A stretch of 64,000 nt of DNA, taken from Patescibacteria group bacterium. Lineage in GTDB: Bacteria > Patescibacteriota > Patescibacteriia > Patescibacteriales > UBA12465. Position numbers and translations under genes: made by a program. The stretch covers positions 18,444 to 82,443 of the forward strand of contig JAQVFY010000001.1 in the NCBI GenBank assembly GCA_028696995.1, given 5' to 3'. Shown piece by piece: positions 28,281 to 35,817 of this stretch. Within the stretch, counting starts at the first letter, position 1. The number at the start of each line of letters is the position of its first letter. Below the pieces are notes generated by a model that had not been told where the DNA came from, searched no databases, and was given only the letters and a program-made list of their open reading frames with translations.

Positions 28281-29441
28281 ATGATAAATTTAATCCGACA
28301 AATAATAAAACCAAAATATAAATCATTAAACTTAATTGAAATTATTAAGGATAATTTAATATATAATTTAAATTATTTATACTCTCTACAAGAGCAAGCA
28401 GAAATTTTTCCGGTTCTTAAATCCAACGCTTATGGTCATGGATTAAAAGAAGTTTGCAAAATACTGAATGAAACTCCAGTAAAAATGGTGGCCGTTGACT
28501 CTTTTCCTGAGGCCCAAATAGTTTATAGAAATTTTAAAGGGAAGGTTTTAATTATCGGAGAAATGCCTTTAAAAGCCTATAGATATTGTAAATTAAAAAG
28601 AACTGAGTTTATTGTTTATAATCAAGAAACTTTAAAATACCTCAGTCGTTATAAGAAAAAAGCTCAAATTCATCTTTTTTATAACACTGGAATGAATCGA
28701 GAGGGAATTGATGATTTAGAAAAATTTATCAATGATAATAAAAAATATCTAGATCGGGTTACTATCAGTGGTTTTTGTTCTCATTTAGCTGAAGCTGATA
28801 ATTCAGAAAGTGATTTTAATGTTAGGCAAGAAGAAAAATTTTTAAAAGGGATAGAAATACTAAATAATAATAAAATATATCCCAAATGGATACATTTAGG
28901 CAATTCTGGAGGTGTCTTTATTTTAAAAAATAAAATTTTTAATGCTTTTAGGCCTGGAATATCCTTTTATGGATACAATCCTTTTAAAGCGGAAGATAAA
29001 AATAGTTTTAAGGCCGACAATTTAAAACCAGCTTTACGACTATTTTCCACGATTACAGCCGTTCATAGAGCAAAAACAGGAGACAAAATATCATACAATA
29101 ACAGTTTAATTTTAGAAGATAATTCTAATATTGCTGTTATTCCCTTTGGTTATTTTGAGGGTTTAGATAGACGTTTTTCTAATTGTGCAAAATTTTTATA
29201 CAGTCAAGGAGAGGATGTTTTTTGGGCCAAAATAGCTGGTCAGGTTTGTATGAATTTAACATGTCTAAATTTTAAAGACAAGGGAATTAAAATAGGGGAT
29301 AGGGTCAAATTAATATCAGAAATAAATAATATGGAAAATTCAGTAGAAAAACTAAGTCAAAAAATCGGAGTTATTAATTATGAAATATTAGTAAATTTAA
29401 ATTCTAGTATCAAGAGAGTAATAATAAAAAATTTAAAATAA
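28281..29441 (+). CDS. alr: alanine racemase
   Basis: 386 aa. PLP-lysine motif FPVLKSNAYGHG (AVVKANAYGHG) and the two-domain length. Confidence 0.85.
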   Translation: MINLIRQIIKPKYKSLNLIEIIKDNLIYNLNYLYSLQEQAEIFPVLKSNAYGHGLKEVCKILNETPVKMVAVDSFPEAQIVYRNFKGKVLIIGEMPLKAYRYCKLKRTEFIVYNQETLKYLSRYKKKAQIHLFYNTGMNREGIDDLEKFINDNKKYLDRVTISGFCSHLAEADNSESDFNVRQEEKFLKGIEILNNNKIYPKWIHLGNSGGVFILKNKIFNAFRPGISFYGYNPFKAEDKNSFKADNLKPALRLFSTITAVHRAKTGDKISYNNSLILEDNSNIAVIPFGYFEGLDRRFSNCAKFLYSQGEDVFWAKIAGQVCMNLTCLNFKDKGIKIGDRVKLISEINNMENSVEKLSQKIGVINYEILVNLNSSIKRVIIKNLK

Positions 29442-29452
29442 AATCAATAAAT

Positions 29453-30445
29453 ATGGATAAGAGATTGAAAACTAGACCACTTTCCAAATGTCGAAAAAAA
29501 AGCTATTCTGGTTCATTTCGAACACAAAAAAAAGAATCTAACCTAAAATTTCTTTGGTTAATCCTTGCTATACCCTTAATAGTTATAATTTTAATTATAT
29601 TTTTTTTGTTTTCTAGTTTTTTTAATTTAAAAACTACAGAAATACAAGGAGTCGATGATTATAAGAAAGAAAAAATAGAAATAATTATTAATAATCAAAT
29701 AAAATCAAAAAATTTGTTTTTTTCTCAAGAAAATTTAGTTTTTTTTAAGAAAGATAAACTTTTGAAAGATTTAGATGATTTTAATTTTTCCAATATTATA
29801 ATTAAAAAAAATATTTTTAAAAAAAGTTTAACTATAGAATTAGAGGAAAGAGAAAAAGCTATCATTTTTTATGAAGGAGATTATTATTTTTTTGCTGATA
29901 AAGATGGTAATATTATTAATAGTCAAATAGATTGTGGAAAAATAGTTTTAGAAAATGATTTAAGTTCTAATTCTAGTAATACTGAAAGCACAGAAGAAGA
30001 AAGGGGAGAGGTTTCTCTAGATGATTTTCAGAAATTAGATCAATCAAAACAGCTCGAAATCGAAGAAATTAAAAATTGCTTAGATTTTAATGAAAAATAT
30101 CGAAAAGAAAATCTTTTTCCGTTTATTGAAAATGTTGGTCGAGAAAGAGTAACGGATAATAAAAAAAATATTAAAATAGATAGTTCTTATATAGACTTTT
30201 CTCTTAAACTATATAATGATTTGAGTGAAGACAGTGAATTCGGTTTAAATAGAATAGTTTTAGATGAGGAATACAATACCATTAAGGCTCGCTTGAATAA
30301 TAATATTGATCTTTATTTTAGTTTTAAAGAAGATTATATGGAACAGGTTTCTCGTTTTTTTGCCTTAAAAAGAGAACGGGGGGCTGAATTAAAAGCTCAA
30401 AAATATATTGATCTACGTTATGGAGATAAAATATTTTATTATTAA
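29453..30445 (+). CDS. bitopic membrane protein, possibly FtsQ/DivIB-like (POTRA)
   Basis: 330 aa. Basic N-terminus, single TM, then LKTTEIQGVDDYKKEKIEIII (POTRA-like). Confidence 0.35.
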   Translation: MDKRLKTRPLSKCRKKSYSGSFRTQKKESNLKFLWLILAIPLIVIILIIFFLFSSFFNLKTTEIQGVDDYKKEKIEIIINNQIKSKNLFFSQENLVFFKKDKLLKDLDDFNFSNIIIKKNIFKKSLTIELEEREKAIIFYEGDYYFFADKDGNIINSQIDCGKIVLENDLSSNSSNTESTEEERGEVSLDDFQKLDQSKQLEIEEIKNCLDFNEKYRKENLFPFIENVGRERVTDNKKNIKIDSSYIDFSLKLYNDLSEDSEFGLNRIVLDEEYNTIKARLNNNIDLYFSFKEDYMEQVSRFFALKRERGAELKAQKYIDLRYGDKIFYY

Positions 30446-31093
30446 TTAATTATAAAAATATGGGAGAAGGATTTTTTAAATTTATTTTTATTTTAGCTAT
30501 CATTATTTTTTCTTTAGTAGTTATCGGAATTTTTTTAATTATTATTAAGATACTGCTATTGTTTTCTCCGGAGATAAACATAATGGGATTAACTATCTAT
30601 TAACCATATAATTGACTTATCTATTATTATTGTTTACAATAGATATAGACTCTAAGGTTAATTAATATACATAATGAGAAGTAAGATATAATTAAATAAT
30701 AAAGCTCCTATTCATTGCCCCATACTTATTGAAGTTAATGTTATTAAAAGGCTTACCTCCCCCTCTAATTAATTATTTACGTATTAATATTAATTATCAA
30801 ACTTTTTTAAAAAATATAATTTATTGTAAGTATAAGTGTAAAATTTAAATCAATTTGGGTCTTAACACCCCAGTTAAATTATAAATTTTAAAGCCTATTT
30901 TAAGACTTTTACTTCTTCCCCATTGTTTTTATTAATATTACTAATTAAGCCTATATTTTAATACCTTGCTCTAAATTTAGCTAATTTTGATAATAAATTT
31001 ATTTAATAGGATATTTTATGTCTAATTAATAAATTTAGCTCTAAAATAGCCATTTTGAGCCAAATTTAAGCCTTTTAAACATGTTTAATAACT

Positions 31094-32065
31094 ATGAATG
31101 ATAAAAATAAAGCAATTATCAAGCACTTGACTGATTTCATAAATTATTGTGAAATAGAAAAAGGTTTAGCTAATAAAACTCAGGAAAATTATGCTCGTTT
31201 TTTGGGCGATTTTTTTGCTTGGCTAAAGGAAAATAATCTTAGCGAACTTCGCCCTTCAAATTTAAATGAGGAGCATATTTGGCGTTATCGCTTATACTTA
31301 TCTAGAAATAAAAGTATTAGAACTAAAACCGAATTAAAAAAGGTTAGTCAAAATTTATATCTTATTGCTCTAAGATCTTTATTGGAATATTTTAGTGAAA
31401 AAGGTATTACTTCCCTACCCCCCAATAAAATAAAATTAGCCAAGGCTAGTGGTGATCGAGAAATAAATTTTTTAAACTTAAAACAAATAGAAAAATTATT
31501 ATTAGCTCCAGATGTTTCTACTAAAAGTGGTTTAAGAGATAGAGTTATATTAGAGGTTTTGTTTTCCACAGGATTACGTGTGGCTGAGCTTCGTTCTTTA
31601 AATCGCGATCAATTTAAAATAGATAAAAATACTGATGATCTGGAAGTTGTCATTGTTGGAAAAGGATCAAAAGTTCGGACAGTTTATTTTTCTAAAAGAG
31701 CTGTTACTTGGCTAAAAAAATATTTAGATTTGCGCACTGATATGGACGATGCTTTATTTATAAATTATTGGAAACCAGCGCAAAATGGAATAAAATCACG
31801 TCGCTTAACAGTTAAAAGTATTGATGAATTAGTTAAAAAATATGTAAAGATAGCTGGATTACCGATGATTACAACACCTCATACTTTGCGCCACTCTTTT
31901 GCTACTGACTTATTGTCACAAGGAGTTGATTTACGATTAGTTCAAGAATTTTTAGGTCATCGTAATATTGCTACGACTCAAATTTATACTCATGTAACTA
32001 AAAAACAACTTCGTGATATTCATCGAAAAATTCATTCCGATAGAGCTTTTGATAAGAAGAATTAA
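31094..32065 (+). CDS. tyrosine site-specific recombinase, XerC/XerD family
   Basis: 323 aa. N-terminal SAM-like core-binding domain. Catalytic R...HTLRHSFAT...LGHRNIATTQIYTHV (R-H-R-H-Y). Confidence 0.85.
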   Translation: MNDKNKAIIKHLTDFINYCEIEKGLANKTQENYARFLGDFFAWLKENNLSELRPSNLNEEHIWRYRLYLSRNKSIRTKTELKKVSQNLYLIALRSLLEYFSEKGITSLPPNKIKLAKASGDREINFLNLKQIEKLLLAPDVSTKSGLRDRVILEVLFSTGLRVAELRSLNRDQFKIDKNTDDLEVVIVGKGSKVRTVYFSKRAVTWLKKYLDLRTDMDDALFINYWKPAQNGIKSRRLTVKSIDELVKKYVKIAGLPMITTPHTLRHSFATDLLSQGVDLRLVQEFLGHRNIATTQIYTHVTKKQLRDIHRKIHSDRAFDKKN

Positions 32066-32096
32066 ATTAAATTATTATTAGTCTATTAATAATAAA

Positions 32097-32125
32097 AGAA
32101 GCCTCGATTGAGGCTGTTTTTTTTA
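32097..32125. terminator. bidirectional intrinsic terminator (GCCTC/GAGGC followed by T8)
   Basis: aaaagaagcctcgattgaggctgtttttttt between the integrase gene (+) and the 81-aa gene (-). Confidence 0.6.
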
Positions 32126-32368
32126 ACTTAGTTCAAAGATTCTTTGATCTTCATCTATATCATTTAAAAATGAGGCTGAGGCTCCTTCAGTCTCGGGCGA
32201 CAAAGAAAGTAAAGATTTAACATCGGGCCATCTTTTCCCATAAAATTCTTGGGGATTAAATTGGGCCATTTTTCTCTCCTTGTTCTTTTTATTTACTTTC
32301 TTTAGACGTCGGCTAAACATTCCAAAGCGGAAATAAAGAAACAAGAAAAAATAACTAAAATTTTTCAT
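32123..32368 (-). CDS. small membrane-anchored hypothetical protein
   Basis: 81 aa. Strong SD AGGGAGGG 4 nt upstream. N-terminal hydrophobic FSYFFLFLYF, then a basic stretch. Confidence 0.45.
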   Translation of the reverse strand: MKNFSYFFLFLYFRFGMFSRRLKKVNKKNKERKMAQFNPQEFYGKRWPDVKSLLSLSPETEGASASFLNDIDEDQRIFELS

Positions 32369-32452
32369 AATACCCTCCCTTTTTAATTAGTATCGACTAG
32401 ATATTACTATTAAAAAATATTAGTGTCAAATTTTATAGTAATAGATTAGCTG

Positions 32453-32734
32453 TTAAAAAAGACGAGGAAATCTCGTCTTATTAAACTTCTTCTTTCTTAA
32501 TTCTTTTATTTTTTTAGCGAAATCAGAAGAGGCTTTACCCCTCATACTATAGGCATTCTCTTTTGCTGTAGTCGCCGCAAGGTTTTCATAGAAAGATATA
32601 TCGTGCACCTCTCCCCAAAAAAACTTTAAATTTCTCAGAAATCCCCAAAATCCATTAACACGGATTTTGGAAAATAGATTTTTAAAAAACAATTTTCGAT
32701 AATCAGCAGATCTTAATGTCCCCCATTTTTCCAT
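32453..32734 (-). CDS. hypothetical Trp/Phe-rich small protein
   Basis: 93 aa. SD AGGAGG upstream. Intrinsic terminator hairpin (gacgaggaaatctcgtc plus T-run) overlaps its last codons at 32456-32486. Confidence 0.45.
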   Translation of the reverse strand: MEKWGTLRSADYRKLFFKNLFSKIRVNGFWGFLRNLKFFWGEVHDISFYENLAATTAKENAYSMRGKASSDFAKKIKELRKKKFNKTRFPRLF

Positions 32735-32787
32735 TATTTTTTTTCCTCCTATTTTTTTGTTCGTATTTCAAGTTTAACAAATTTAAA

Positions 32788-34032
32788 TTAAGGTAAATAA
32801 TTCAAGGGGTTAACGGGTAAACCATCTTTTCTGATTTCAAAATGAAGATGAGGACCAGTAGAAAAAGCTCCGGCTCCAGCAGTTCTAGGTGCCCCTCCAG
32901 TTCTTCCAATAATTTGCCCCTGAGTAACATATTCATCAGCTCCAACATTTACTCCTGAAACGTGACCATAAACAGTAGAAAAGCCATCAGCGTGAATTAT
33001 CATAATATAAGCGTAAGCAGTACTGCCATCAAACTTAACTCGAGCAACATAACCAGCGGCAGCAGCTTTTAAGGTACTTCCTTGAGTAGCCCGAATATCA
33101 ATTCCTGAATGCTCTCCGATAGATTTTCTAAAAGGATAACTAGGATCATGAAATGTAGCAGTAATTGTATTTTTAACAACAGGCCAAATAAAACCATTCA
33201 TAGTCTCCTCCAGTCCGCTGTTTGATTTTTGTGCTAATTTTTCTCTAACAGTTTTTTCTAGAGAAGATATTTCAGCCATAGCCTGATCATTTTCTTTTTT
33301 AGCTAATTGTAATAATTTTTTATATTCTTGTTCTGATTCTTGAGTTTCTGTTAAAATAAATTCTTTATTACCGATCTCCCCTTCTAAAATATTTTGTTTG
33401 TTTTCTAGCTCTTTTTTTAATTCATCTAACTTTTTTTCTTTTTCTTCTAATATTTTTTTCTGCTCATCCATTTCTTCTTTATTCTTTTTTAACTCGGCTA
33501 GTCCATCAGATATCTCCTTGTTAGTGTTTTCTAAATAGGTAACCTGGTTTACAAAATCGGTTAAAGAATTATTTAAAAGAATAATTTCTAAGGGGCTGGT
33601 TTGATTTTGTTTATATAACACTCTAATTAAAGCTGAAATGTTTTCCTTATTTTTTTCTATTTGAATATTTTTATTTTCAATATCAATATTTATTTTCTTT
33701 ACTTCTAAATTATTTTTACTAATTTCTAAAGAGACTTCCTCTATTTCTAATTCTGATTTTTTTAATCTATTATCTAAAATTTCTAATTGATTTTGCAAAG
33801 TATTTTTCTCTTGTTCTTTAATTTTAATTAAACGACTGTATTCTTGTTGATTTTTTTGAATATTTTCTAATTTCTTTTTCTGATTTTGAATTTGACTATT
33901 TAATAATTCTATTTCTTGATCTATTTCTGAGCCAGATTGAGAGATTACTAAGTCAGATTTTATAAAAAAAAGACCACTCATCAGTAAAATGGTTAGTAAA
34001 AAAATTTTTAAATATTTATTTTTGTTTTTCAT
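32788..34032 (-). CDS. M23 (LytM) peptidoglycan endopeptidase with N-terminal coiled coil (EnvC-like)
   Basis: 414 aa. Signal/TM, long coiled coil, C-terminal M23 domain: GIDIRATQGST...HADGFSTVYGH...GPHLHFEI. Confidence 0.85.
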   Translation of the reverse strand: MKNKNKYLKIFLLTILLMSGLFFIKSDLVISQSGSEIDQEIELLNSQIQNQKKKLENIQKNQQEYSRLIKIKEQEKNTLQNQLEILDNRLKKSELEIEEVSLEISKNNLEVKKINIDIENKNIQIEKNKENISALIRVLYKQNQTSPLEIILLNNSLTDFVNQVTYLENTNKEISDGLAELKKNKEEMDEQKKILEEKEKKLDELKKELENKQNILEGEIGNKEFILTETQESEQEYKKLLQLAKKENDQAMAEISSLEKTVREKLAQKSNSGLEETMNGFIWPVVKNTITATFHDPSYPFRKSIGEHSGIDIRATQGSTLKAAAAGYVARVKFDGSTAYAYIMIIHADGFSTVYGHVSGVNVGADEYVTQGQIIGRTGGAPRTAGAGAFSTGPHLHFEIRKDGLPVNPLNYLP

Positions 34033-34136
34033 TCTTTAATTATACTATATTTTAATAAATTTGACAAGATGACATAAATATAATAAAAAAGGACCTCCGC
34101 AAAGATCCTGTTTTTTTAGTTCTTTTTTAGTGTGAA

Positions 34137-34677
34137 TTATAATGTTCCAAACTTTTTCTTAGTGGGTGTCCAACAAAAACTACAATTTTCCCAACTCTGA
34201 ATAACTCCTGTTATTATAATTCCATTTTTCTTAGAAACGATAGGAGCTTCTCCAGGACGCCCTTTAAAGATTGAAGCTCCACAAATCAGAAATTTTCCGT
34301 TTTCCTGAATTACTCTCTCGTGAAAATTTAGTGAGAGAACTTCATCCAGGGTTAGCATCTCTCGACCTTGCTCTTGTATGATTTTTTTTTGTGAATTGCA
34401 TTGGTCGATTGGAGAAATCGTGATGATTGACGTTGTATATAAAATAAACTTCATTTTCATCAATCATCTCAATATCTCTTCCGAATTGCTTATCCGGGAA
34501 AAGAAGATTGGCCGACAAAACTGGTAAAAATGGAATATTACCATTTTCAATATTAATGGCCTGAGCCTGAGATATAACCTCGTTTTTTGATTTAAAGATT
34601 ATATCTAAAATAGCCTGAGGACAATTTTCCCTTTTTAAAGCCATATATTGCTCGTCAAAAATAGAAATTAAGTCCAT
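34137..34677 (-). pseudogene. gene split into two overlapping frames by a frameshift at an A10 tract (minus-strand sense); product unknown
   Basis: ORFs 34342-34677 and 34137-34463 overlap. One A fewer or more in the T10 run (about 34385-34394, + strand) joins ...NRPMQFTKK to IIQEQGREMLTLDEV... giving about 190 aa. Confidence 0.5.
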
Positions 34678-34793
34678 TTTACCTCCTTTTTTGGTTATTG
34701 ATTATTTTTATTTACTCCTTATTTTTTTAAAAAAACAATAAAACAATTTTATAATAATAATCAAAAAAAGTCAAATTTAATTATTAATACTAA

Positions 34794-34821
34794 TAAAAAA
34801 GCCACGGTTTTTAGTCCGTGG
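34794..34821 (-). terminator. intrinsic terminator for the 34850-35671 gene
   Basis: aaaaaagccacggtttttagtccgtggc. On the minus strand the hairpin GCCACGG/CCGTGGC is followed by T6. Confidence 0.6.
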
Positions 34822-34849
34822 CATCTAAGGTCAAAACCATTCTAGAGAA

Positions 34850-35671
34850 TTATTCCCCTATTATGGTTTTTATGAAGCTCAAGGTGGTTTCTTCTCCCAG
34901 GTGCTCGATGGTGTCGAGCAAGCTCTGGATAGCCAAAACTTTGGCCCGGTCAGGAAATTCGGTTTCCAGCCGTTTCTCCATCTGATTAATACCAGTTTGA
35001 AGCTCCTCGAGCTCCAGTTGGGCAAGGGCTACTTTTTCGTGCCCCCTGGAAATAGCATTCTCGATGTCGAGAATTTCCTGAGCGCGAACCCTTAAATCAG
35101 AAAGGTTTTGGGCCAGACGTTCTCTAATCTTTTCGTCCTGCCAGAGACTAATCCTGATCAAACTTTCGTCGGTCAGATATTCCAGCAAGAGATCCTGGTC
35201 AAGGTCAAAAATCCGTCCCTTCTTCCCGATTCCCTTCTCCTGAATTATCTTAAGGTGGAGAAGTTTAATCTTCAATTCTTCCCACTCCTTCTCAGGAATG
35301 TTTTTGGTAGTCAAAACCTCGGTCACTCCATCTTGAGTAAAGCGCGGACCATTGCTTTTATCTGGACACTTGGTCTTTACTTCAAGCAAAAGATCAAAGA
35401 TTTCCCTTTCCTCACGAGTGAGAACAAGGATTTTTCTCTTAGCACTTTTTAAAGTTTCGGGCTCCTCTCCCTCTAAAGATGAAGAAACAACTCGCCACTT
35501 GTTTTTCCCTACCTTTTCTACCAAGCCTTTTCCCTTGACTATGGAAATATAGGCTGAAACATAGCTTTTTCCCTTCTCTGGAAACATTTTTTTCAGTGTT
35601 TCCAATTCAAAAACGCCCTCATTATCAGCACAGGCGATAGCCGTTTGAATGAAAAAGTTTATTTTACTCAC
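34850..35671 (-). CDS. GC-rich hypothetical protein: N-terminal winged-helix-like region plus C-terminal coiled coil
   Basis: The ORF track gives 34850-35731. Start re-set to the GTG at 35671 preceded by SD AAGGAG; the AT-rich 5' extension has no support. Composition about 50% GC against about 30% flanks. Confidence 0.55.
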   Translation of the reverse strand: MSKINFFIQTAIACADNEGVFELETLKKMFPEKGKSYVSAYISIVKGKGLVEKVGKNKWRVVSSSLEGEEPETLKSAKRKILVLTREEREIFDLLLEVKTKCPDKSNGPRFTQDGVTEVLTTKNIPEKEWEELKIKLLHLKIIQEKGIGKKGRIFDLDQDLLLEYLTDESLIRISLWQDEKIRERLAQNLSDLRVRAQEILDIENAISRGHEKVALAQLELEELQTGINQMEKRLETEFPDRAKVLAIQSLLDTIEHLGEETTLSFIKTIIGE

Positions 35672-35817
35672 AATTTCTCCTTTTTTTATATTTTTGTTAT
35701 TAAAGTTCAATTTATCAAGAAATATTAACACATAAGTCGATAAAAGTCAATACCATAATAATAAGCCTAATAAGCTTGTTTTATTGGGATATAAAATGAC
35801 TTATTTATATTAGATAT

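Noticed and set aside
30446-31093. oriC or DnaA-box cluster, or a dif site, in the long AT-rich tract
   Set aside because: No TTATCCACA-like boxes or 28-bp dif-like palindrome could be found by eye. Left as an unexplained tract in the findings.
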